Positions 8,261 to 16,644 are shown, counted from the stretch's first letter. The stretch: DNA of 33,361 nt from Pseudomonadales bacterium (GCA_016763235.1 JAESUE010000045.1:1-33361); one strand, 5' to 3'. The notes: generated by a model from the letters alone, not told the origin. Translations and numbers: made by a program.

Positions 8261-9319
8261 ATGTCCACAAATAACTACCTCGTTGCCGACGCATTTCCTA
8301 TGGGTGAAATCACTGAGATCGCCGAAGGGCTGCATGTCCTCAGGCAGCCGATGTTACACAACCCAGACCATATCAATTGTTATTTAATTGAGGGGGATAA
8401 GGGCTTAACCATCGTGGATACCGGCATTCCCTCTGAAGACTGTTACAAAAACTGGCAAATGCTGCTGGATTCCCCCCTGGGAGCCAAGGGTGTAGAGCGC
8501 ATTTATCTTACTCATGCACACCCAGATCATGTCGGTGGCGCAAAATGGCTGCAGGAAAATACTGGCGCGCCCATCGTTATGCCGGGAAACGAGGTGGATG
8601 CTGTGCAGCGTATGTGGCGTGGTGCCAGTGACAACAGAGATTCCGTCGCTGAATTTTTCACCAGTTGGGGTGTGCCAGAAGACAGCCTCAACGCCGTGTA
8701 TGCCATGCAAGATGGTTTCAAATACGGTTGCCCTGATCTAGATGAGTTAAATGTTGAAACATTCAATGAAGGTTTTAGCATGGACATTGGAGGGCGAACC
8801 TGGAAGACGGTAGATGGCTATGGCCATACTCCCCATAACGCGGCCCTGTTTTGTGAGAAAGACGGCATTATGATATCAGGAGACCAAGTGCTCACCTCCA
8901 TCTTCCCCAATGTAAGCATCTGGTGGGGTTCGGAATTAAACCCGCTTCAGTCCTATATGGATTCTTTAAATCACTATAAAACCCACTCCATTAAAGTGAT
9001 ATATCCAGCACATGGTGGCACTCTTGAAAATGTTAACAAACGCATTGACGCCATTCTTAACTTTAACCAGATTCGCCTTGATCGCGCAGTAAAATATTTA
9101 ACCGAGGCTCCGCAAAATGCCTTTGAAGCTATACCAGGCGTATTGAATAAAAAACGCAACCCAATGATGATATCGCTTCTAGCTGGGCAAGTATTTGCTA
9201 TTTTCAACTGCCTTGAAAAGCAAGGTTTGATTGAAAAAGTCGGTGACAAGCCTTTTACATTTCAGACTTGTCCTGAAGTTGTCATTCCAGAAGAGAATAA
9301 GGATGCCATAAACGCTTAA
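8261..9319 (+). CDS. MBL-fold metallo-hydrolase
   Basis: The 352-aa ORF carries the metallo-beta-lactamase motif THAHPDHVGG plus downstream His and Asp ligands (GHTPHN, SGD). Confidence 0.85.
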   Translation: MSTNNYLVADAFPMGEITEIAEGLHVLRQPMLHNPDHINCYLIEGDKGLTIVDTGIPSEDCYKNWQMLLDSPLGAKGVERIYLTHAHPDHVGGAKWLQENTGAPIVMPGNEVDAVQRMWRGASDNRDSVAEFFTSWGVPEDSLNAVYAMQDGFKYGCPDLDELNVETFNEGFSMDIGGRTWKTVDGYGHTPHNAALFCEKDGIMISGDQVLTSIFPNVSIWWGSELNPLQSYMDSLNHYKTHSIKVIYPAHGGTLENVNKRIDAILNFNQIRLDRAVKYLTEAPQNAFEAIPGVLNKKRNPMMISLLAGQVFAIFNCLEKQGLIEKVGDKPFTFQTCPEVVIPEENKDAINA

Positions 9320-9336
9320 GCGCCCGTATAGTCTCA

Positions 9337-9364
9337 GAGCGCCCACTCTAAACGGTGGGCGCTC
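9337..9364 (+). terminator. GC-rich hairpin downstream of the MBL-fold gene (possible terminator, no U-tract)
   Basis: GAGCGCCCAC-tctaaacg-GTGGGCGCTC forms a perfect 10-bp stem 18 nt after the stop. The following sequence is not T-rich. Confidence 0.5.
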
Positions 9365-9373
9365 CTTGCTAAA

Positions 9374-9434
9374 CCAACTATCAATCCAGATCACGCTCAA
9401 ATTTGAACAATTATAGAGTTCGCTAAGTAGCCAC
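9374..9434 (-). repeat. Degenerate copy (c) of the GTAAC-family repeat, GCCAC-end variant
   Basis: The stretch tcacgctcaaatttgaac..agagttcgctaagtagccac aligns with copy h at 23867. The left terminus has decayed (ccaactatcaatccaga). The flanking 8-mers match only 5 of 8. Confidence 0.6.
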
Positions 9435-9469
9435 CTCCTAACATGAAAAAACAACCAGACCCTTTTACA

Positions 9470-9498
9470 TTGATAACCATACCCTACCGGGGTATAGT
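9470..9498 (+). promoter_or_regulatory. Putative sigma70 promoter (TTGATA-N17-TATAGT) with an embedded CsoR-type operator ATACCC-N5-GGGTAT
   Basis: The -35 TTGATA is at 9470-9475 and the -10 TATAGT at 9493-9498, with a 17-nt spacer. The inverted repeat ATACCCtaccgGGGTAT at 9479-9495 resembles the published GC-rich CsoR operators (TACCC...GGGTA). It lies 37-53 nt upstream of the csoR start. Confidence 0.6.
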
Positions 9499-9531
9499 TA
9501 TTTAATAGTTACGTTATGAGGCTGCCACGCT

Positions 9532-9831
9532 GTGATCAAACCTAAAATAAAAGAAAACACCCTTTCCCGCTTAAAACGCATCGAAGGACAAATTCGCGGC
9601 ATTGCTAAAATGGTGGATGAAGAAAAATATTGCATTGACGTAATCAACCAAGTAACCGCCGCTGAACGCGCACTGGATGGCGTAGCACAACTCCTTCTCC
9701 GCAACCACGTCGAGACCTGCGTCACCGAATCTATTAAAAACGGCGATACGGAACAAAAAACCGATGAGCTAATAAATACCTTATTTAAATTTCACAAGCG
9801 TGCTCAAAATAATACCGATGGGCAGCTCTAA
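9532..9831 (+). CDS. csoR: CsoR-family copper-sensing transcriptional repressor
   Basis: The 99-aa ORF (GTG start) shows the CsoR/RcnR fold pattern LKRIEGQIRGIAKMV. It has the x-C-H-C ligand fingerprint: Cys in KYCIDV, and His and Cys in NHVETC at i and i+4. It lies directly upstream of copZ-copA. Confidence 0.85.
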   Translation: MIKPKIKENTLSRLKRIEGQIRGIAKMVDEEKYCIDVINQVTAAERALDGVAQLLLRNHVETCVTESIKNGDTEQKTDELINTLFKFHKRAQNNTDGQL

Positions 9832-9862
9832 AAATAGTGTGGCTACATTGTTAGAGGTGCTC
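9819..9862. repeat. Short hairpin copy of the GGGCAGCTCTAAAAAT repeat, overlapping the csoR stop codon
   Basis: The left arm gggcagctctaaaaat (9820-9835) is identical to the arm at 4185-4200 (reverse complement). The right arm attgttagaggtgctc (9847-9862) pairs with it at 14 of 16 positions (one a G-U wobble), leaving an 11-nt loop. The csoR codons GGG CAG CTC TAA lie inside the left arm. Confidence 0.65.
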
Positions 9863-9917
9863 AGACATCTGAATTACAAAGATTCTACCTATAAACCCTA
9901 TAAATAGAGATCAAACC

Positions 9918-10136
9918 ATGTCACCCCAAAAAATTGAAAAAACACTTCTTGTTGATGGAATGTCTTGTCAAAACTGCGTAAAGCGGGTTAAAAAAATCCT
10001 TTCAGAAGACGCATCGATAGAAAAAGTCGAAGTAGATTTGGAATCTAAACGTGTCAGCTTTTACTGTTTGGAAGACACCAATATCTCAGCCCTTAAATCC
10101 GCCTTAAAGGAATATGATTTTAACATCCAAGAATAA
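9918..10136 (+). CDS. copZ: Heavy-metal-associated (HMA) domain copper chaperone, CopZ-like
   Basis: The 72-aa ORF has the GMSCQNC metal-binding motif (MxCxxC) and a ferredoxin-like length. Confidence 0.85.
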   Translation: MSPQKIEKTLLVDGMSCQNCVKRVKKILSEDASIEKVEVDLESKRVSFYCLEDTNISALKSALKEYDFNIQE

Positions 10137-10187
10137 AAAAATATTAAGGTAAGCTCACCCCCAATAGCGCTTATTTCGGAGTAGATA

Positions 10188-12698
10188 ATGAAAACAGAAG
10201 TCCTCTCGGTTTACGGTATGACCTGCCAACACTGCGTCAAAGCGGTCACGAACGCACTCAAGCGTATCAATGGCGTAACAGAGGTTTCTGTTTCACTCGA
10301 AGATAAATCTGCAAAGGTGTATTACAATGAAAATACGACAAGCAGAGAAATATTCGAACATGCGATTCTCGAAGAAGATTTTTTTCTTACTCCACAAGAA
10401 GTAGATAAACAAACCGATTTAGAAAACAAAAATGATGCAAACGTTTCAAGTACCGATAAAAAAAACACGGCAATAAGTCTTTCTGTAGAAGGCATGACCT
10501 GTGCAAATTGCGCCAACACCATCGAAAAAGTATTAAAGAAAACCACTGGTATATTTAAGGTAAATGTAAACTTTCCATTAAAACGTTGTACGGTGGAATA
10601 TGATGACACGCAACTCTCCCCAAATGAAATCATTAATCATATATCTACAGCGGGTTATCAAGCGTTCAGTATGAAAGACGGTGGCACGACACCCATAAAA
10701 AACAACACCAGCAAGGAAAAAAGGCTATTTATTTTCGCCGCCGCCTTCGCGCTGCCAGTGCTCGGGCTGACCTACCTCAGTCCTTTTGCACACAGCCAAA
10801 CTAATTTAATACTTTTTATTCTTGCGTCTTTAGTTCAGTTTGGCCCTGGTCTCTATTTTTATAGAGGCGCGTATTACTCCTTAAAAAATAAATCTACCAA
10901 CATGGATGTTTTGGTAAGCCTGGGAATCAGCGCGGCCTATTTCTATAGTGCTTACTCGTTTTTATTTATTGACCCAATGGCCCACACTTTTTTTGACAGC
11001 TCGACATTAATTATTACATTTATTCTGTTAGGGAAATTATTGGAAAGCAGTGCAAAATCTAAAACCAGTGCCGCGCTGGAAAAACTTCTTTCTCTGCAGG
11101 CAAATAAAGCCCGAAAAATCATCAATGGTCGCTCAGAACTCGTGCCATTAAGCGAAATCGTCGTTGGCGACTTCATCCAGGTTCAGCCTGGAGAAAAAAT
11201 CCCCGTGGATGGCGTATTAACAGAAGGTATCACTTCTGTTGACGAATCTCTTCTTACTGGCGAACCCATGCCGGTTGAAAAAAAACTCGGTGATTCTCTT
11301 GCCGGTGCCACTATTAATCAAAGTGGTCTTATTACATTACGAGCCGAACGAGTAGGAAAAGACACCTTACTAGCACAAATTATTTCCATGGTGGAAGAAG
11401 CACAAACAGACAAAGCCCCCATCCAAAGGCTTGCAGATCAAATTTCCAACTACTTCGTCCCTTTGGTGGTGCTGTCTGCGGTTCTCACATTTTGTGTTTG
11501 GTATTTCCTTCCTATTGAAATCAGCCGCGAAAGTGATCGTTTTTTATTTTCATTCCAGCTAATGATCGCCGTTCTCGTCATTGCCTGCCCATGCGCTCTT
11601 GGTCTTGCCACGCCCACCGCTATCATGGTGGGCAGCGCTGCAGCTTTACGACGTGGAATTTTATTTAAAAAGGGCTCCTTGCTAGAAAACATTTCAAAAC
11701 TAGACGTTATCCTTTTTGACAAAACAGGCACCATCACGGAGGGACACCCTGAACTGGTACACATTATTCCAGTCAGCGGACGTAATAAGGAGGAGCTGTT
11801 AAAAATAGCCGCCAGCATAGAGACCCACTCCAGTCACCCCCTAGCAAAGGCCTTAGTCGAAGCGGCTAATAATCAATCAATTGTGCTGCTTAACACCCAG
11901 GAGGTAATGGAAATACAAGGCCAGGGGACACAGGCAATGATCAATGGAAAATGCATCAAAATCGGCAAAGCAGAATTTGTCAGCGAAGATAAAAAGAGCT
12001 TACATCTACTAGCAGAACAGCTTAAAACTTACGAAACACACGGCCATAGCCTTGTATACATCGCCGAAGATAACACCTTACTAGGTGCCCTCACTCTATC
12101 TGACCGGATTAAACCTGATTCTGCGCAAGCCATAAAACGAATAAAATCCCTCTCGATAAAAACTGGCTTAATCTCCGGTGACAACGCTATCGCAGTGAAA
12201 GAAATTGCCAAACAAGCGGGCATCGAACACTATCAGGCAGAAGTAAAACCTGAGGATAAAATTAGTCAGGTCAAAGCTTGGCAGAACAAAGGCTTTAGGG
12301 TAGCGATGGTGGGTGATGGTATCAACGATGCACCCGCATTAGCTCAAGCGGATATAGGCCTTGCCATCGGCTCTGGGGCAGATGTTGCGAAAGAAACCGG
12401 CGATATTATCTTGGTCAATAACACCTTAATGGATGTCGTTCGCTCCATAGAACTGGGCAGAATGACGCTAAGAACAATAAAACAAAATTTCTTTTGGGCC
12501 TTTTTCTACAACCTAATCATGATTCCCATTGCAGCAGGCTTGCTCTACCCCGAATACGGCATCATTTTAAAACCCGAATGGGCCTGCATCGCCATGTGGT
12601 TATCTTCACTCACAGTGGTCGGCAATTCATTACTACTAAGAAAGAAAAGCGCGGCTCTTTTTGAAACAGTCAACCCTCAAGCGCCTATATCTATATAG
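10188..12698 (+). CDS. copA: Copper-translocating P1B-type ATPase
   Basis: The 836-aa ORF has two N-terminal HMA domains (GMTCQHC, GMTCANC). It also has the TM6 CPC motif ([11 protein letters not shown]), the DKTGT phosphorylation site, the GDGINDAP hinge and TGEP. A GGAG Shine-Dalgarno lies 8 nt upstream. Confidence 0.95.
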   Translation: MKTEVLSVYGMTCQHCVKAVTNALKRINGVTEVSVSLEDKSAKVYYNENTTSREIFEHAILEEDFFLTPQEVDKQTDLENKNDANVSSTDKKNTAISLSVEGMTCANCANTIEKVLKKTTGIFKVNVNFPLKRCTVEYDDTQLSPNEIINHISTAGYQAFSMKDGGTTPIKNNTSKEKRLFIFAAAFALPVLGLTYLSPFAHSQTNLILFILASLVQFGPGLYFYRGAYYSLKNKSTNMDVLVSLGISAAYFYSAYSFLFIDPMAHTFFDSSTLIITFILLGKLLESSAKSKTSAALEKLLSLQANKARKIINGRSELVPLSEIVVGDFIQVQPGEKIPVDGVLTEGITSVDESLLTGEPMPVEKKLGDSLAGATINQSGLITLRAERVGKDTLLAQIISMVEEAQTDKAPIQRLADQISNYFVPLVVLSAVLTFCVWYFLPIEISRESDRFLFSFQLMIAVLVIACPCALGLATPTAIMVGSAAALRRGILFKKGSLLENISKLDVILFDKTGTITEGHPELVHIIPVSGRNKEELLKIAASIETHSSHPLAKALVEAANNQSIVLLNTQEVMEIQGQGTQAMINGKCIKIGKAEFVSEDKKSLHLLAEQLKTYETHGHSLVYIAEDNTLLGALTLSDRIKPDSAQAIKRIKSLSIKTGLISGDNAIAVKEIAKQAGIEHYQAEVKPEDKISQVKAWQNKGFRVAMVGDGINDAPALAQADIGLAIGSGADVAKETGDIILVNNTLMDVVRSIELGRMTLRTIKQNFFWAFFYNLIMIPIAAGLLYPEYGIILKPEWACIAMWLSSLTVVGNSLLLRKKSAALFETVNPQAPISI

Positions 12699-12701
12699 GG
12701 C

Positions 12702-12842
12702 GTAACTGCTCAGCGAACTCTGTAAGAGTTCAGATTGCATTCAAATTTGGGCAGAACAAGGCGAAAAATGTGAGTTTATACCTATAAATGATCACTTTTT
12801 AACGCTGTTATGCACAAATTTGAGCGTGCGCTGAGGTGTTAC
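12702..12842 (+). mobile_element. MITE-like mosaic repeat, full-length 141-bp form (copy d)
   Basis: It runs gtaactgctcagcgaactctgtaagagttcagattgc...gagcgtgcgctgaggtgttac. It is the same length and architecture as copy e, and its first 79 nt are nearly identical to copy j. The flanking 8-mers TATAGGGC (12694-12701) and TATAGAGC (12843-12850) match 7 of 8, and the left one overlaps the copA TAG stop. Confidence 0.85.
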
Positions 12843-13055
12843 TATAGAGCAAGCCATCCCTGAATAAGACAAAGCCAATCATGCGACCTGCCCTAATAGC
12901 CACGAATAAAACCCTGCACAGGGCCTTTAGTTATAAATCATAAAAATTAGTCATCATCACCAATATAAATACAACTTGCTGACAACCATTAACTGCATTA
13001 ATATCTCTAACCTCTCAATATATAATGACATAGAGCTTAATAAAGCAGTATTGCT

Positions 13056-14003
13056 ATGAACATATCTAATATCGACCTTAACCTTTTTAAAATATTTGAC
13101 GTTATCTACCGCGAAGGAAGCATCACCAAAGCCGCTGAAACACTCGGCATCACCCAGCCCGCAGTAAGCAACTCTCTCTCTAGGCTGCGCGCACTTTTTG
13201 ATGACGAGCTTTTCACCCGAACCAATAAAGGCATGAGACCAACTTCGCTTGCGCAAAACATTCAACCTTCTGTCGTATCTGCGCTGCAATTACTAAGATC
13301 CAGTGTCAATGAGGGTGACGCTTTCCAACCTGAAACCAGTAATGCTACTTTTAATGTGAGCATGAACGCCGTTGCTCAAGTGTCGATCATGCCTAAATTG
13401 ATTTTACGTCTTCAATCCGGCACTGCAAATATCAAACTTTCCACACAAACAGTCTTTTGCAGAGACCTCGTTAAGGCGCTAAGTAGTGAAGCCGTTAGCT
13501 TGGTAGTGAATTATGCCGTGCCAACACCTGCGTATATTAAACGTGAGCTATTGTTCAACGATGATTATGTTTGCATTGTCCGAGCTGGCCACCCTCGCAT
13601 TAAAGACAAACTCACGCTTAAGACCTTTGAAGCCGAGAAGCACCTTCTCTTATCAGAAGAAACACAAGAAAGTTCAAACTTAAGAGCCGCGCTCGCTGAA
13701 AATAACATCACTCAACAGACTGTTTTTACGGGTAATGAGTATGTAGCGCTACCGGCTATTCTAATGACATCTGATGCCATCATGACGGTAACAAGAACGT
13801 TAGCCAACGCGATTAAAAATTACTTGGATATTCTCGTACTTAAACCGCCATTCGATATTCCAAGCAAAAAAACGTTTCTGTACTGGCATGAAAATGAAGA
13901 CCAAACGGGAGCCAACAAATGGTTGCGTGATCAAATTTTCCAAATTGCCAAACCGCAAAAGCTGCCTGATTCAAGGCGGGAAGCAGAAAGAGCTGTTTCA
14001 TAA
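13056..14003 (+). CDS. LysR-family transcriptional regulator
   Basis: The 315-aa ORF has an N-terminal wHTH (LNLFKIFDVIYREGSITKAAETLGITQPAVSNSLSRLR) and a LysR substrate-binding domain of typical length. Confidence 0.9.
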   Translation: MNISNIDLNLFKIFDVIYREGSITKAAETLGITQPAVSNSLSRLRALFDDELFTRTNKGMRPTSLAQNIQPSVVSALQLLRSSVNEGDAFQPETSNATFNVSMNAVAQVSIMPKLILRLQSGTANIKLSTQTVFCRDLVKALSSEAVSLVVNYAVPTPAYIKRELLFNDDYVCIVRAGHPRIKDKLTLKTFEAEKHLLLSEETQESSNLRAALAENNITQQTVFTGNEYVALPAILMTSDAIMTVTRTLANAIKNYLDILVLKPPFDIPSKKTFLYWHENEDQTGANKWLRDQIFQIAKPQKLPDSRREAERAVS

Positions 14004-14051
14004 AACAGTTCTTTCTCACTCTGACCCGCTTTCTACAAGGAAGTGTCTGAT

Positions 14052-14642
14052 CTACGGAAGAACCGTTACACTTTTAATGACGATATCGTTAACGGGTACA
14101 TCGCGCCGCCCGTTCTTCATGCCTGTTTGTGCTCTGCCAATTGAAGAAACCACATCCATACCTTCAAGCACCTCACCAAATACCGCATAACCAAAGCCCT
14201 GTGGGCCACGGTAGTCGAGTGAACTGTTACCCATAAGGTTGATAAAAAACTGCGAGGTCGCACTGTCCACCACCCCTGTGCGCGCCATCGCCACGGTGCC
14301 AGGTTTATTGCGCAGGCCATTATTTGCTTCATTTTTAATCGGTGCTTTAACAGGCTTTTTCTGCCATGCCTGAGAAAAAACACCACCTTGAATCATAAAC
14401 CCCGCTATAACGCGGTGAAAGATAGTGCCATCGTAATGGCCTGATTCAGCATAATCTAAAAAGTTTTTCACACTGATGGGTGCTTTATCCTGAAATAGCA
14501 CAAGCTTGATCTTTCCTTCCGTGGTTTCTAACACCACCACAGGGTTAGCGGCTTTTTTTGCAGTTTCTTCCGTCGTCGCAGTCGCTATCGTTGTTACACC
14601 CAAGAAAAGACCAATCAGTACAGCTTTAATTATTGTGTTCAT
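14052..14642 (-). CDS. ppiA: Periplasmic cyclophilin-type peptidyl-prolyl cis-trans isomerase
   Basis: The protein has cyclophilin motifs ([18 protein letters not shown]...[20 protein letters not shown]) and a signal peptide [23 protein letters not shown] start it at the ATG at 14642, which has a GGAGGA Shine-Dalgarno, not at the tracked 14660. Confidence 0.92.
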   Translation of the reverse strand: MNTIIKAVLIGLFLGVTTIATATTEETAKKAANPVVVLETTEGKIKLVLFQDKAPISVKNFLDYAESGHYDGTIFHRVIAGFMIQGGVFSQAWQKKPVKAPIKNEANNGLRNKPGTVAMARTGVVDSATSQFFINLMGNSSLDYRGPQGFGYAVFGEVLEGMDVVSSIGRAQTGMKNGRRDVPVNDIVIKSVTVLP

Positions 14643-14762
14643 TTGCAGAATATCCTCCATTAAAAAATAAAGTGTATAGCATAGTTTATTTCAATGAAAT
14701 GATTCCTGTATATGTCGCCGAAGAACTGTATTCAAGACCCTATGCTTTTCGTTACCATAATG

Positions 14763-14903
14763 GTAACTATTCAGCGAACTCTGTAACTGTTCAGATTGCG
14801 TTAGAATTTGAGCAGAATAAGGCGAAAAATGTGAGTTTATACTCATAAATGATCAATTTTTAACACCGTTATGCACGAATTTGAGCGTGAGCTGAATAGT
14901 TAC
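14763..14903 (+). mobile_element. MITE-like mosaic repeat, full-length 141-bp form (copy e), best-preserved copy
   Basis: It has perfect 13-bp terminal inverted repeats gtaactattcagc / gctgaatagttac. It is flanked by a perfect 8-bp direct repeat CCATAATG at 14755-14762 and 14904-14911. Confidence 0.9.
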
Positions 14904-14937
14904 CCATAATGAACAAATAAAAAACTGGGGTTACACA

Positions 14938-15705
14938 ATGTTTAGCTTAGTAGGCAAAACCGTACTTATTACAGGATCAAGCCGAGGCATTGGCAAGGCC
15001 ATCGCAAAGCAGATGTTTTTACACGGTGCGAACGTGGTGATATCCAGCCGCAAGGCCGAAGCTTGTGAACAGGTATGCGCCGAGATCAATGCCTTAAGTG
15101 AGGGAGACAAACCCAGAGCGATATCCGTTCCTTGTAATATTTCCCGTAAAGAAGAGCTTGAGAATCTCGTCAACACTACCAAAAATGAATTTGGTAAAAT
15201 AGATATTTTAGTGTGCAATGCTGCTATAAACCCTCACTTTGGCCCCATGTCCACGATCCCTGATACTGCATTCGACAAAATACTCAGTAGTAATATCAAA
15301 TCGAATCACTGGCTTTGCCAGCTGGCGCTCCCAGATATGGCCGAACGAAAAGATGGCGTAGTGATCATCATCTCATCGATTGCAGGGTTAACAGGCAACC
15401 CTGTTCTTGGTACCTACGGTATATCCAAAGCGGCCGATATGGCACTAACAAGAAATATCGCTGTGGAATATGGCGGTCGAAATATCCGTGCGAACACGAT
15501 TGCCCCTGGTTTAATTAAAACCGATTTCTCCAAAGCCCTTTGGTCGAATGATTTCATTTTAAAAGAAGCGCTCGGGCATACCCCGCTATCAAGAATTGGC
15601 GAACCTGACGAAATTGCCGGCGCGGCTGTCTTCCTTGCCTCTGATGCCGGAAAATACATAACGGGGCAAACCCTCGTTATTGACGGTGGCAGCACCATTG
15701 TTTAA
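14938..15705 (+). CDS. SDR-family oxidoreductase (3-oxoacyl-ACP reductase / DHRS4-like)
   Basis: The 255-aa ORF has TGSSRGIG, NAAIN and a YxxxK motif (YGISK), and ends in the typical C-terminal ITGQTLVIDGG. Confidence 0.9.
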   Translation: MFSLVGKTVLITGSSRGIGKAIAKQMFLHGANVVISSRKAEACEQVCAEINALSEGDKPRAISVPCNISRKEELENLVNTTKNEFGKIDILVCNAAINPHFGPMSTIPDTAFDKILSSNIKSNHWLCQLALPDMAERKDGVVIIISSIAGLTGNPVLGTYGISKAADMALTRNIAVEYGGRNIRANTIAPGLIKTDFSKALWSNDFILKEALGHTPLSRIGEPDEIAGAAVFLASDAGKYITGQTLVIDGGSTIV

Positions 15706-15707
15706 CT

Positions 15708-15730
15708 GTAACAATTCAGCGAACCGTTAC
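15708..15730 (+). mobile_element. 23-bp mini-copy (f) of the GTAAC-family repeat
   Basis: The sequence gtaacaattcagcgaaccgttac matches the first ~25 nt of the 141-bp form and folds as a hairpin with 8 of 10 bp paired. The flanking 8-mers GTTTAACT (15700-15707) and GTTTAAGT (15731-15738) match 7 of 8, and the left one contains the SDR TAA stop. Confidence 0.7.
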
Positions 15731-15796
15731 GTTTAAGTCATACCTTCTAGCCGTAGCCAAAACGCAATACACCTCGTATCTCAATAAGGAAATCCA

Positions 15797-16591
15797 ATGT
15801 CATCCACACCAATACCTTCTTCCACCATCGTCATCGCTAGAGACAAGCAACTTGGCACCGGTATTGAGATATTTATGGTGGTACGTCACCATCAAATCGA
15901 TTTTGCATCAGGGGCGCTGGTTTTCCCCGGTGGAAAAGTTTCCGAAAGTGATTATGATTCCGACTTGCGCAAACAAGCCATCCCCCCGTTCGAACTCGAT
16001 GACACACAGTTTCCCCTAATGGTCGCCGCAATTCGAGAAGCCTTTGAAGAAAGTGGGATTTTATTTGCGCGTTCTGTAGGGGGTGACAGCCTCGTAACAA
16101 ACGGAACCGTAGAAAAGCTGGAACCCTACCGCAGCCAGCTAGAAAAAAACCAATGCAGCATGGCCGAATTTATCCGTCAAGAAGGCCTCAGTCTCGCAAT
16201 GGATGAGCTTCATCACTTTGCACACTGGGTAACGCCAGACATGATGCCAAAACGCTTCGACACTCACTTCTATCTTGCCCGAGCGCCCGAAGGCCACCTA
16301 GGAAGCCATGATGGCCATGAATCAGTAGATTCCACCTGGATATCCCCTCAACAGGCTCTCAGCGATGCAGATGAAGGCAAGCTTAAGGTGATTTTCCCCA
16401 CCCGCATGAATTTAATGCGCCTTGCGAAATATTCTTCTGTGGAAGAGGCTATCACCGCCACAAGACTACAAAAAACTGTAAAGGTAATGCCCTGGACCGA
16501 ACAAAAAGAGGCCGGTGCAATGCTTTGTATCCCCGAAGATGCCGGTTATGAAATAACGGAAGTTCCCATGGATGTGGTGATGCGTTCTTAA
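15797..16591 (+). CDS. NUDIX-family hydrolase
   Basis: The 264-aa ORF has a Nudix-box-like segment (FPGGKVSESD...AAIREAFEESGILFA). An AAGGAA Shine-Dalgarno lies upstream. Confidence 0.75.
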   Translation: MSSTPIPSSTIVIARDKQLGTGIEIFMVVRHHQIDFASGALVFPGGKVSESDYDSDLRKQAIPPFELDDTQFPLMVAAIREAFEESGILFARSVGGDSLVTNGTVEKLEPYRSQLEKNQCSMAEFIRQEGLSLAMDELHHFAHWVTPDMMPKRFDTHFYLARAPEGHLGSHDGHESVDSTWISPQQALSDADEGKLKVIFPTRMNLMRLAKYSSVEEAITATRLQKTVKVMPWTEQKEAGAMLCIPEDAGYEITEVPMDVVMRS

Positions 16592-16610
16592 TAAGCTCAA
16601 ACACTCAGCA

Positions 16611-16644
16611 GGCTCACATCAACACTGTTGTTGATGTGAGCCTA
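16611..16644. terminator. Long hairpin between convergent genes (terminator-like, no U-tract)
   Basis: AGGCTCACATCAACA-ctg-TTGTTGATGTGAGCCT forms a ~15-bp perfect stem located between the NUDIX gene (+) and the EamA gene (-). Confidence 0.6.

Noticed and set aside
12957-13289. A 110-aa minus-strand ORF overlapping the start of the LysR gene. Also 13888-14190 and 14117-14386 overlapping the LysR and ppiA genes, and 14633-14848 reading into repeat copy e.
   Set aside because: They conflict with well-supported genes or are made of repeat-element sequence. No supporting motifs.
12702-14903. Whether the recurring ~141-bp repeats could be a CRISPR array or rRNA/tRNA-related repeats.
   Set aside because: The copies are kilobases apart with genes between them, occur in both orientations and in variable lengths, and have TIRs and TSDs. 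No cas genes are present. This is not CRISPR-like.
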